32,000 nucleotides of DNA from an uncultured Bifidobacterium sp. (GCA_964529175.1 CAZGVO010000006.1:73308-105307); one strand, 5' to 3'. Counted from the stretch's first letter, positions 15,128 to 23,612 are shown. Notes: a model not told the origin generated them from the sequence alone. Numbers and translations are program-made.

Positions 15128-15178
15128 CACTTCGATAGGCTCAGTGTCCGTATTAGGGTCACTGAGCTTGCCGAAGTG
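15128..15178. repeat. Nested-hairpin intergenic element between lemA and the TPM genes
   Basis: CACTTCG (15128-15134) pairs with CGAAGTG (15172-15178). GCTCAGTG (15139-15146) pairs with CACTGAGC (15160-15167). It shares CACTTCG and GCTCAGTGTC with element 2735-2805. Confidence 0.6.
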
Positions 15179-15196
15179 TAATAATTGAATTACTAA

Positions 15197-15787
15197 TTAA
15201 AACTTAACTTCTGGTGCTTTTTCGGCAGCAGCGTCAGCTTCAAAAAATCCTTTTTTATCAAAACCAAACATACCACTGTAAATTACTTGTGGGAATTTTT
15301 TGATATAAGTATTGTAATCAGTAACAGCATCGTTAAAGTTATCTCTTTCTACTTTAATGCGGTTTTCTGTTCCTTCTATTTGGCTTTGTAACTCGCTAAA
15401 GTTTTGAGTAGCTCTTAACTGAGGATATTGCTCTGATACTACCATTAAGCGGCCTAAAGCTTGGCTTAACTCGCCTTGAGCACCTTGAAATTTCTTAATA
15501 TTTTCAGGTGTTAACTTGTTAGGATCTACTTGAATAGAGCTAGCTTTTGCTCTTGCCTCAATTACATCGGTTAAGGTTTTTTGTTCAAAATTAGCTGCAC
15601 CTTTAACAGTAGCTACTAAATTTGGAATTAAATCTAACCTACGTTGGTAAGCACTTTGAACCTTGGCCCAAGCACCTTCGGTTGCTGTTTGTTTCGAAAC
15701 CATATTATTATAACTTGAACATCCGTTCATTAATAATAAAACAATTCCGCCAAGCACTGCTAATAAAATAATCGTTCCTTTTTTCAT
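15197..15787 (-). CDS. lemA: LemA family protein
   Basis: N-terminal TM/lipobox-like segment (LLMNGCSS). The conserved LemA core VQSAYQRRLDLIPNLV...RATQNF..LQ..L.GTENRI...R..FN is present. Confidence 0.9.
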   Translation of the reverse strand: MKKGTIILLAVLGGIVLLLMNGCSSYNNMVSKQTATEGAWAKVQSAYQRRLDLIPNLVATVKGAANFEQKTLTDVIEARAKASSIQVDPNKLTPENIKKFQGAQGELSQALGRLMVVSEQYPQLRATQNFSELQSQIEGTENRIKVERDNFNDAVTDYNTYIKKFPQVIYSGMFGFDKKGFFEADAAAEKAPEVKF

Positions 15788-15969
15788 TGTTGTTTATTTA
15801 AAAAATATAGTTGGCAATATACAAAATAACAACCAAGTTAAAATACTGACATAACTACCGATTTTTTAAAGATTTTGAATTTTGGATGTTGTCTCGACTA
15901 ATCGGGATTGAATTATTCTTTATTATTGTTGGAAATTTGAAAATAAGAGAGCGGAAGAGTATATTTTGC

Positions 15970-16245
15970 TTTGGCTAAAGCCAATTTTATTGCATTTTTC
16001 TTTTAACCCCCAGATAAATCTGTGGGCAATTCATCATTTGTTTTAACATCATTAAGGAATGATGAATTGCCACATGGCTTCAGCTTGTGGGAATAGAAAT
16101 GCAATTTCTCTTAACCCCAGATAAATCTAGGGTCAATTCATCGTTTGTTTCAACACCATTATCTAAAGATGAATTGCCACATGTTCCGAAAGCTTTCGCA
16201 TTAGCTTGTGGAATTGTAAGAATTAATCAATAGAAATGGGTTTCA
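15970..16245 (+). repeat. Two tandem ~120-bp multi-hairpin REP-like units (A: 15970-16089; B: ~16094-16245) upstream of the Y1 transposase
   Basis: Unit A contains TTGGCTAAAGCCAA, CCCCAGATAAATCTGTGGG, a perfect 14-bp inverted repeat GGCAATTCATCATT (16024-16037) / AATGATGAATTGCC (16057-16070), and CCACA...TGTGG. Unit B is a diverged copy. A third copy lies downstream of the gene. Confidence 0.85.
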
Positions 16246-16310
16246 ATTTATTTTGTATTTATAAATTAGTTGTAATTTTTTAAATTCGTTAGAATAAATA
16301 TTTTAATCAA

Positions 16311-16772
16311 ATGCCATTCATTAAAGTTTATATACATTTTGTTTGGAGTACTAAAAACAGAATTCCTTTTTTAAATAATAAAGAATTAAGAGTCAAGGTT
16401 TGGAATCACATAAAGGAAAATGCAAGAGAAAAAGGTATTTTTATTGATTTTATTAGCGGCTATTCCGACCATTGTCATTGTTTGATTTCATTAGGTTCCG
16501 ACCAAACCATTCAAAAAACAATTCAATTAATTAAAGGAGAATCATCTTTTTGGATTAACAAAGAAAATCTGATTGATGAGTCTGTTTTAAACAAATATGA
16601 TTCAAAATTTGAATGGCAAGATGAATATTTTGCTGTGTCTGTTTCTGAATCAATGTTAGATAAGGTCAGGAATTATATTAAGAACCAAGAGATTCACCAT
16701 CAAAACAAATTATTTCAAGAAGAATATGATGAATTTCTCTTAAAATATAATTTTCAAAAATTCAATGACTAA
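16311..16772 (+). CDS. IS200/IS605-family Y1 (HUH) transposase, RAYT-like (REP-associated tyrosine transposase)
   Basis: 153 aa. YIHFVWSTKNR opening, HUH motif DHCHCLI, and a catalytic-Tyr region FEWQDEYFAVSV. No tnpB follows, and REP-like hairpin units flank both sides. Confidence 0.85.
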   Translation: MPFIKVYIHFVWSTKNRIPFLNNKELRVKVWNHIKENAREKGIFIDFISGYSDHCHCLISLGSDQTIQKTIQLIKGESSFWINKENLIDESVLNKYDSKFEWQDEYFAVSVSESMLDKVRNYIKNQEIHHQNKLFQEEYDEFLLKYNFQKFND

Positions 16773-16777
16773 TTCTT

Positions 16778-16975
16778 TTGGCTAAAGCCAATTATATTGC
16801 ATTTTTCCTTTAACCCCAGATAAATCTGGGGGCAATTCATCATTTGTTTCAACACCATTAATGAATAATGAATTGCAGCATAGCTTTAGCCTGTGGATTT
16901 GTAAGAATCAATGAATAGAAATGGGTTTCAACCCATTTAATAAAAAAAGGCAATTATGGAATTGGCTTAAGCCAA
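16778..16975 (+). repeat. Third REP-like unit (C: 16778-~16935) plus an isolated head palindrome TTGGCTTAAGCCAA (16962-16975)
   Basis: Unit C aligns with unit A over about 120 nt with few mismatches and starts 6 nt after the transposase stop. It contains the 7-bp stem CCCCAGA-TAAA-TCTGGGG. It is in the same (direct) orientation as units A and B. Confidence 0.85.
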
Positions 16976-17035
16976 AGTTGGAATTTTGATTGATAGTCTT
17001 TAATGCAAGCAATGCTTTAGAGGAACTTTTTATTG

Positions 17036-17671
17036 CTATATCGACAGAGAAATTAGTAGTGAAATTCCACTCATTAATGCAGTAAAATAAACAAATTTTC
17101 TGATGTCATTTAAATCTCTACTTTCCTTTAAAATTATTTTTCTAAAATGTTTGGAAACTATAGTTAAAATTGAACTTGCCAAAAGCAATCCAAGGGCGCA
17201 ATTTACACCTGCACCAAGTGGAAAAACTTTTGATTTAGGATTTAACACGAACGGAATAATATCATACAGAAAAAGTAAATTCCACACAAGGCCAAAAATA
17301 ATTGCTACAGCTTTTTTCATAGGAAAGGAGCCTTCATTTTGTTTTTTTAAAATATCATTGACATTATAATTTTGAGGTGTGCTTTTATTTTCTAAAAAAC
17401 CTGTTCTTTCAATTTCTTCAATTACTAAAGCTGGATTTTTAAATGTCCAAAAAATAACCTTAGCATTGTAATTTTTAACACTATGATTTATTTTTATTCC
17501 GTTACTTTCTGGTTGTAATGAAATTATATCTTTAGATTGAAATATTAAATTACCAATAATAGATGCATTTATTGTCAAAACCTCTTTGTCCACATATAAA
17601 TCAGCAAAAGGGTAAGTTGCATTTGCAAACCCAATTCTTGCACCACCAGTTAAAGCATAATGTTCTTTCAT
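17036..17671 (-). CDS. Hypothetical protein: ~110-aa N-terminal soluble domain plus 3 predicted TM helices
   Basis: Long ORF with clear hydrophobic segments (AVAIIFGLVWNLLFLY, ALGLLLASSILTIV, FVYFTALMSGISLLISL). No family recognised. Confidence 0.5.
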   Translation of the reverse strand: MKEHYALTGGARIGFANATYPFADLYVDKEVLTINASIIGNLIFQSKDIISLQPESNGIKINHSVKNYNAKVIFWTFKNPALVIEEIERTGFLENKSTPQNYNVNDILKKQNEGSFPMKKAVAIIFGLVWNLLFLYDIIPFVLNPKSKVFPLGAGVNCALGLLLASSILTIVSKHFRKIILKESRDLNDIRKFVYFTALMSGISLLISLSI

Positions 17672-17790
17672 TTTGTCAAATATATCAATTATACCAATGT
17701 AGAGAGGCTTAATTAAACGTCTCTACGGTAGTCAACAACCTAGATTTCATTTTATTTTTTCAAAAATTCCCTTTTAAAGTTCCTAAATGC

Positions 17791-17798
17791 TACTTTTG
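17791..17798 (+). promoter_or_regulatory. Candidate Bacteroidota -7 promoter box (TAnnTTTG) for lysS
   Basis: TACTTTTG is a perfect match to TAnnTTTG, 40 nt upstream of the lysS ATG. No clean -33 TTG was noted. Confidence 0.35.
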
Positions 17799-17837
17799 CG
17801 TTCTTTTTTATAAAAATAGCATCAATAAAAAGCATTT

Positions 17838-19556
17838 ATGAGCAATCAATTAAGCGAACAAGAATTATTACGCAGACAAAAACTTAACGATATGCGCCAA
17901 TTGGGTATTGACCCTTTTCCGGCTGCATTGTTTCCTATTTCTCACACCTCGGTAGAAGCAGCTAGCAAGTATAGCGCAAACCAGGAAAGTGAAGAAATGA
18001 AACAGGTTACTTTTGCTGGCCGTATTATGAGTGTACGCGATATGGGTAAAGCGTGTTTTGTATTATTGCAAGATAGTGTAGGCAAATTACAAGTTTATGT
18101 GCGCAGAGATGATATTTGCCCTGACGAAGACAAAACTTTATACGATACCGTTTTTAAAAAATTAATTGATATTGGCGATATTATTGGCGTAACAGGTTAT
18201 ATGTTTACTACCAAAACAGGCGAAATTTCATTGCATGCCAAAACTTTGGTGGTATTGAGCAAATCAATTAAACCATTGCCAATAGTAAAGGAAAAAGATG
18301 GCGAAACCTTTGATGCAGTTACCGATCCTGAGTTTCGTTACCGTCAGCGTTATGCCGATTTAATTGTTAATCCGCATGTAAAAGATACTTTTTACAAGCG
18401 CAGTGTAATGGTAAAAACCATTCGCGATTTTTTAAATAACCATGGTGCTTTAGAAGTTGATACACCAGTTTTACAAAATATTCCTGGTGGCGCTGCTGCA
18501 AGGCCTTTTACTACGCACCATAATGCATTAGATGTTCCTTTTTATTTGCGAATTGCAAATGAATTATATTTAAAAAGATTAATAGTGGGTGGTTTTGATT
18601 TTGTGTATGAATTTAGTCGTAATTTCCGTAACGAGGGAATGGACAGAACACACAATCCAGAGTTTACCGTATTAGAGTTTTATGTAGCTTATAAAGATTA
18701 TAATTGGATGATGGATTTTACAGAGCAATTATTAGAAAAAGTTGCTTTAGAAATGCATGGAACTACCGATATAACTGTAGGCGATAAAACCATCAGCTTT
18801 AAAGCACCATTCAAGCGTTTGCCTATTTACGATGCCATAAAACAGTTTACAGGCTTTGATGTAAGCAATATGGACGAAGACCAATTACGTGAAGTTTGTA
18901 AAGAATTAGGTATTCCAACAGCGCCAAGTATGGGCAAAGGTAAATTGGTAGATGAAATTTTTGGAGAAAAATGCGAAGGCAATTTTATTGAACCAACTTT
19001 TATAACCGATTATCCAGTGGAATTAAGTCCTTTAACCAAAAAACACCGCACCAAAGAAGGTTTGGTAGAGCGTTTTGAATTAATGATAAATGGAAAAGAA
19101 GTAGCTAATGCTTATTCTGAATTAAACGACCCAATTGACCAACGTGAGCGCTTTGAAGAACAAGTAAAATTAATGGAACGTGGCGATGATGAAGCCATGT
19201 TTATTGACCACGATTTTTTACGTGCTTTGGAGTATGGAATGCCACCTACAGCAGGTATTGGTATTGGAATTGATAGATTGGCCATGTTATTAACCAACCA
19301 ACATTCTATTCAAGATGTGTTGTTTTTCCCTCAAATGCGTCCGGAGAAAAAACAATTGGATTTAACAGCAGAAGAGAAACAAATTTTAGAAATTTTGAAA
19401 CCAAATATCAGTATGCCTTTGGCCGATTTGAAACAAGCAGTTTCGCACTTAAGTGGCAAGCAATGGGATAAAGCCATGAAAGGTTTAGCTGGCCATGGTT
19501 TAACAAAAGTGGAACTGAACGGAGAATATAAAACTGTAAATTATATTGGGCAATAA
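17838..19556 (+). CDS. lysS: Lysine--tRNA ligase, class II (long Bacteroidota form with C-terminal extension)
   Basis: The OB-fold N-domain and the class II motifs are present (FRNEGMDRTHNPEFTVLEFY, GIGIGIDRLAML). Confidence 0.95.
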   Translation: MSNQLSEQELLRRQKLNDMRQLGIDPFPAALFPISHTSVEAASKYSANQESEEMKQVTFAGRIMSVRDMGKACFVLLQDSVGKLQVYVRRDDICPDEDKTLYDTVFKKLIDIGDIIGVTGYMFTTKTGEISLHAKTLVVLSKSIKPLPIVKEKDGETFDAVTDPEFRYRQRYADLIVNPHVKDTFYKRSVMVKTIRDFLNNHGALEVDTPVLQNIPGGAAARPFTTHHNALDVPFYLRIANELYLKRLIVGGFDFVYEFSRNFRNEGMDRTHNPEFTVLEFYVAYKDYNWMMDFTEQLLEKVALEMHGTTDITVGDKTISFKAPFKRLPIYDAIKQFTGFDVSNMDEDQLREVCKELGIPTAPSMGKGKLVDEIFGEKCEGNFIEPTFITDYPVELSPLTKKHRTKEGLVERFELMINGKEVANAYSELNDPIDQRERFEEQVKLMERGDDEAMFIDHDFLRALEYGMPPTAGIGIGIDRLAMLLTNQHSIQDVLFFPQMRPEKKQLDLTAEEKQILEILKPNISMPLADLKQAVSHLSGKQWDKAMKGLAGHGLTKVELNGEYKTVNYIGQ

Positions 19557-19574
19557 TTTTTATTTAAACCCAAC

Positions 19575-19605
19575 AAAAAAGCCTCGAAATTTCGAGGCTT
19601 TTTTG
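19575..19605. terminator. Bidirectional rho-independent terminator shared by convergent lysS and icd
   Basis: Perfect palindrome GCCTCGAAATTTCGAGGC (19581-19598), flanked by an A run upstream and a T run downstream. Confidence 0.88.
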
Positions 19606-19637
19606 TGTTTTAAAAGTATTTGATATTTAAGTACTTA

Positions 19638-20864
19638 CTAAGCTAATTTAGCTTTTAAGTTAGTATCAATTGCATCTAAAAAGTCTTGTGTATTTAGGTA
19701 ATGTTCGCCTAAATTAACTTTATTTCCATGAATACAAACGGCTAAATCTTTAGTCATTTTGCCACTTTCAACAGTTTCAATACAAACAGCTTCTAATGCA
19801 TGACAGAAATTAATTAACTCTTGGTTGCCATCTAATTTACCTCTAAATTCTAATCCACGAGTCCAAGCAAAAATACTTGCAATTGGGTTAGTACTTGTTG
19901 ATTTGCCAGCTTGGTGGTCGCGGAAGTGACGTGTTACAGTTCCGTGAGCTGCTTCTGCTTCCATTACTTTTCCATCAGGTGTAATTAAAGTTGAAGTCAT
20001 TAAACCTAATGAACCAAAACCTTGTGCTACTGTATCGCTTTGAACATCACCATCGTAGTTTTTACAAGCCCATACAAAATTTCCATTCCATTTTAAAGCA
20101 GATGCTACCATATCATCAATTAAACGATGTTCGTAAACAATTCCAGCTTCTACAAATTTTGCTTTGTAATCTGCTTGATAAATTTCTTCAAAAATATCTT
20201 TAAATCTACCATCGTATTTTTTCAAAATGGTGTTTTTGGTAGAAAGGTATAAAGGCCATTTTTTGCTCAAGGCTTGGTTAAAACATGCATGCGCAAAACC
20301 ACGAATACTTTCATCGGTATTATACATAGCCATTGCTACACCATCGCCTTTGAAGTTATAAACTTCAAATTCTTGAACAGTTCCATCTTCGCCTTCAAAC
20401 TTCACGGTTAGTTTTCCTTTTCCTTTGGTTACAAAATCGGTAGCACGGTATTGATCGCCAAAAGCATGGCGGCCAATGCAAATAGGCGCAGTCCAATTTG
20501 GAACCAAACGAGGTACATTTTTACATACAATTGGTTCGCGAAAAACAGTTCCATCTAAAATATTACGTATGGTGCCGTTAGGGCTTTTCCACATTTGTTT
20601 TAAGTTAAACTCCTTTACACGTTGTTCGTCAGGTGTAATAGTAGCACACTTAATACCAACGCCATATTTTTTAATTGCTTCTGCAGCATCAATGGTTACT
20701 TGGTCGTTAGTTTCGTCTCTATATTCCATGCCTAAATCGTAGTATTTTATATCTAAATCTAGGTAAGGTAAAATCAATTTATCTTTAATAAATTTCCAGA
20801 TAATGCGAGTCATTTCATCACCATCTAATTCAACCACCGGGTTGGCAACTTTTATTTTTGTCAT
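19638..20864 (-). CDS. icd: NADP-dependent isocitrate dehydrogenase, homodimeric type II (eukaryote-like, ~408 aa)
   Basis: [22 protein letters not shown]....YDLG...[40 protein letters not shown] is diagnostic. Confidence 0.95.
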   Translation of the reverse strand: MTKIKVANPVVELDGDEMTRIIWKFIKDKLILPYLDLDIKYYDLGMEYRDETNDQVTIDAAEAIKKYGVGIKCATITPDEQRVKEFNLKQMWKSPNGTIRNILDGTVFREPIVCKNVPRLVPNWTAPICIGRHAFGDQYRATDFVTKGKGKLTVKFEGEDGTVQEFEVYNFKGDGVAMAMYNTDESIRGFAHACFNQALSKKWPLYLSTKNTILKKYDGRFKDIFEEIYQADYKAKFVEAGIVYEHRLIDDMVASALKWNGNFVWACKNYDGDVQSDTVAQGFGSLGLMTSTLITPDGKVMEAEAAHGTVTRHFRDHQAGKSTSTNPIASIFAWTRGLEFRGKLDGNQELINFCHALEAVCIETVESGKMTKDLAVCIHGNKVNLGEHYLNTQDFLDAIDTNLKAKLA

Positions 20865-20921
20865 ATTTTTATGAGTAAATTATAAATTTAAGGGCGAAAA
20901 TAAATAGTTTTACTAAGCAAC

Positions 20922-20929
20922 CAAATGTA
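20922..20929 (-). promoter_or_regulatory. Candidate -7 promoter box for icd
   Basis: The minus strand reads TACATTTG, a perfect TAnnTTTG, 58 nt upstream of the icd ATG. Confidence 0.35.
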
Positions 20930-21054
20930 TAATTAACTGTTTTATATTATTTTTCTTAGCAACACCCATAATATTTCATTTTTAGAATTATTGAATAAAT
21001 GGCTTAGATTGATTACAAAAAATTCAACCTTTAAAAGCAAAGAATTCAATCAAT

Positions 21055-21082
21055 TCAAAAATCAAAAATCAAAAATCAAAAA
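21055..21082. repeat. Heptanucleotide microsatellite (TCAAAAA)x4
   Basis: Four perfect copies read directly, in the divergent icd/pdhA intergenic region. They are followed by the direct repeat AGCTGATTAT x2 (21088-21097 and 21099-21108). Confidence 0.9.
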
Positions 21083-21168
21083 TTTGGAGCTGATTATCAG
21101 CTGATTATTTTAATAGAATACCTTTTTAACTTAGTTATTTTTTCGTTTTTTTGCATTCCTTTTAAATT

Positions 21169-22158
21169 ATGACAAGCTTTACAAAAGAAACTTACATGCG
21201 TTGGTTTGAGCAGATGATGCTTATGCGCAGATTTGAAGAGAAAACTGCTCAACTTTATGGGCAACAAAAAATAAAGGGCTTTTGCCATTTATATATTGGC
21301 CAAGAAGCTGTTGTGGCTGGAACTATGAGTGCTTTAAATAGTGATGATAGAATTATTACTGCTTACCGCGATCATGCTCATGCATTGGCTTGTGGTATTT
21401 CGGCTAATGCTGTTATGGCAGAGCTTTATGGTAAAGTTACAGGTTGCTCAAAAGGAAAAGGTGGTTCTATGCACATGTTTAGCAAAGAGCATAACTTTTT
21501 TGGCGGACATGGTATTGTTGGAGGTCAAATTCCGTTAGGTGCAGGAATTGCTTTTGCCGATATGTACAGAGGTGGAAAACAAGTAACTGTGTGTTATATG
21601 GGCGATGGTGCTGTACGTCAAGGTGCATTACACGAAGCTTTTAACATGGCTATGCTTTGGAAAATTCCAGTAATTTTTGTTTGCGAAAACAATGGTTATG
21701 CTATGGGAACTTCTGTGGAACGTACTACCAACCAAATGGATATTTATAAAATTGGTTTAGCTTACGATATGCCTTGCAAAGAGGTAGATGGTATGCAAGC
21801 TGAAACTGTTCATGAGGCAATTGCTGAGGCAGCCGAAAGAGCTAGAAAAGGCGATGGACCAACATTTTTAGAAATTAGAACTTACCGTTACCGTGGTCAC
21901 TCTATGAGCGATCCTGCTAAATATAGAACCAAAGAAGAAGTAGAAGAGTACAAAATGCGTGATCCTTTGGAAAGAGTAAGAAAAACAATTTTAGATAATA
22001 AATGGGCTACCGAAGCAGAATTAGAAGCTGCTGAAGAAAAAATAATGGCTGAAGTTTTAGCATCGGTTGAGTTTAGCGAAAACTCTCCTTATCCTGAAGG
22101 TTCAGCTTTATGGGAGGATGTTTATTCAGAGCCAAACTATCCATTTATTACCGAATAA
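21169..22158 (+). CDS. pdhA: Pyruvate dehydrogenase E1 component, alpha subunit
   Basis: M.LMRRFEEK...LY....I.GFCHLY.GQEAV and the TPP-binding motif YMGDGAVRQGALHEAFNMAMLWKIPVIFVCENNGYAMGT. Confidence 0.92.
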   Translation: MTSFTKETYMRWFEQMMLMRRFEEKTAQLYGQQKIKGFCHLYIGQEAVVAGTMSALNSDDRIITAYRDHAHALACGISANAVMAELYGKVTGCSKGKGGSMHMFSKEHNFFGGHGIVGGQIPLGAGIAFADMYRGGKQVTVCYMGDGAVRQGALHEAFNMAMLWKIPVIFVCENNGYAMGTSVERTTNQMDIYKIGLAYDMPCKEVDGMQAETVHEAIAEAAERARKGDGPTFLEIRTYRYRGHSMSDPAKYRTKEEVEEYKMRDPLERVRKTILDNKWATEAELEAAEEKIMAEVLASVEFSENSPYPEGSALWEDVYSEPNYPFITE

Positions 22159-22202
22159 AATTAGATTATTTAATTAAAGAACTTATAAAATAACAAAAGG
22201 AA

Positions 22203-22901
22203 ATGTCAGAAAAACACAACGAGAAGGGTTTAGATTTAGATGCAACACTTATGGAAACTACCCATAAGGTAGAGGATTTTTACCATAAGAATAGAAAAAA
22301 CATTTTAACTGCTTTAGGTGTGATTGTAGTAGCAGTAGTGGGTTACTGGAGTTTTACTAAATTTTACTTAGAAGGTAAAGAGAAAGATGCTCAAGTAGCA
22401 ATTTTCCCTGCGCAAGCTTGGTTTGAGGTTGATTCATTTAACTTAGCACTAAATGGTGATGGCAAAGGTAAACTAGGTTTTATAGAAATAGCTAACGAAT
22501 TTGGCATGACTAAAACGGGTAATTTAGCACATTATTATGCAGGAGTTTGCTATATGCAAAAAGGTGAATTTGCTAATGCTATTGAGCAATTAGAAGACTT
22601 TAGCACTGACAATAAATTAATTGGCCCATTGGCAGTTGGTTTATTAGGAGATGCTTATAGCGAAACAAACGACTTTGATAAAGCAGTTAAAAACTATGCT
22701 AAAGCAGCTAACATGAGTAAAAATAAATTAACAGCTCCTATTTTTTTAAAGAAAGCTGGTTTTATTTACGAAGAGCAAAAAGATTGGGGTAATGCTTTAA
22801 GTATGTACGAAAAAATTAAAAACGACTATCCCGATGCTACCGAAGCAAGCGATATTGATAAATTTATTGCTCGCGCACAAGCAGCAAAAGACTCTAAATA
22901 A
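22203..22901 (+). CDS. Membrane-anchored tetratricopeptide-repeat protein
   Basis: An N-terminal TM helix (ILTALGVIVVAVVGYW) followed by TPR-like helices (AHYYAGVCYMQKGEFANAIEQL, LGDAYSETNDFDKAVKNY, ALSMYEKIKNDYP). Confidence 0.7.
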   Translation: MSEKHNEKGLDLDATLMETTHKVEDFYHKNRKNILTALGVIVVAVVGYWSFTKFYLEGKEKDAQVAIFPAQAWFEVDSFNLALNGDGKGKLGFIEIANEFGMTKTGNLAHYYAGVCYMQKGEFANAIEQLEDFSTDNKLIGPLAVGLLGDAYSETNDFDKAVKNYAKAANMSKNKLTAPIFLKKAGFIYEEQKDWGNALSMYEKIKNDYPDATEASDIDKFIARAQAAKDSK

Positions 22902-22921
22902 TTAATAAACAAAATAGTAAG

Positions 22922-22953
22922 AAACCATCCAGTTAATAATGGATGGTTTTTTT
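22922..22953 (+). terminator. Rho-independent terminator after the TPR gene
   Basis: Stem AAACCATCCA / TGGATGGTTT with an 8-nt loop and a T run. Confidence 0.75.
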
Positions 22954-22972
22954 ATTTATAAACAAAAATAAA

Positions 22973-23467
22973 ATGGCAACTAAATTAAAGAACTTATCAG
23001 ACACTAACTTAGAGGATAGTAAAGCTTTTACTAAAACTAAAATTAGTTTAGTAGTAGCAGAGTGGAATAGCGAAATTACTTTTGCGCTTCGCGATGGGGC
23101 AATTGAGTTTTTAACTAAAATGGGTGTAAAGGAAAAAAACATTTTAATTAGCTATGTACCAGGCGCATACGAATTGGCTTTTGGAGCTCAATTAGTAGCT
23201 GAAAAAACCAAATGTGATTCTATTATTACCATTGGTTGCATCATTAAAGGCGATACTCCTCACTTTGATTTTATTAGCGATGCTTGTGCAAACGGAATTA
23301 TGCAAGTAGGTTTAAGCTACGGCTTACCTGTTATATTTGGTGTTTTAACCACCAACGATTTAAAGCAAGCGCAAGAACGTAGTGGAGGAAAACATGGAAA
23401 CAAAGGCATTGAAGCCGCAGAAACTGCTTTAAAAATGATTGCTTTACAAACACAATTAAGTAAATAA
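22973..23467 (+). CDS. ribH: 6,7-dimethyl-8-ribityllumazine synthase
   Basis: VVAEWNSEIT, PGAYELA, GVLTT..L.QA.ER.GGKHGNKG.EAA..ALKM. The start is placed at the ATG at 22973 (MATKLKNL), because the track's 22943 start lies inside the upstream terminator hairpin. Confidence 0.92.
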   Translation: MATKLKNLSDTNLEDSKAFTKTKISLVVAEWNSEITFALRDGAIEFLTKMGVKEKNILISYVPGAYELAFGAQLVAEKTKCDSIITIGCIIKGDTPHFDFISDACANGIMQVGLSYGLPVIFGVLTTNDLKQAQERSGGKHGNKGIEAAETALKMIALQTQLSK

Positions 23468-23471
23468 AACC

Positions 23472-23555
23472 ATGGGAATATTTTTTTATATATTGATATT
23501 TTCAATAGGAGTAGGAATGGTCTTTTTATTTAAGAAATATTCGAAAAAAGACTGA
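23472..23555 (+). CDS. Candidate 27-aa single-TM micro-protein (MGIFFYILIFSIGVGMVFLFKKYSKKD)
   Basis: The ATG lies 4 nt after the ribH stop. It has a hydrophobic core and a basic C-terminus. It sits between ribH and the only terminator of the unit (23577-23612). It was missed by the track because it is under 60 aa. Confidence 0.3.
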   Translation: MGIFFYILIFSIGVGMVFLFKKYSKKD

Positions 23556-23576
23556 TTGAAATAACAGCGAATTGTA

Positions 23577-23612
23577 AAAGCCATTGAGAAAATTAATCTC
23601 AATGGCTTTTTG
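23577..23612 (+). terminator. Rho-independent terminator of the ribH unit
   Basis: Stem AAAGCCATTGAGA / TCTCAATGGCTTT followed by a T run. Confidence 0.82.

Noticed and set aside
15970-16975. Interpreting the transposase region as a complete, ordinary IS200 insertion sequence
   Set aside because: The flanks are copies of the same unit in direct orientation, two upstream and one or more downstream. They are not distinct left and right ends, and the array extends beyond a typical ~0.7-kb IS200. A RAYT/REP-like arrangement fits better, but genome-wide copy counts are needed, so this is kept as a finding and not a firm call.
21169-22901. pdhA not followed by pdhB as a possible operon disruption
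   Set aside because: As far as I recall, split arrangements of PDH E1 subunit genes occur in Bacteroidota. The downstream TPR-ribH arrangement looks like ordinary conserved core synteny, and nothing in the sequence suggests a rearrangement scar.
22943-22972. Upstream ATG at 22943 extending ribH by 10 codons
   Set aside because: That ATG lies inside the terminator hairpin of the preceding gene (22922-22953). The extension MVFLFINKNK is not part of conserved lumazine synthase N-termini. The ATG at 22973 is preferred.
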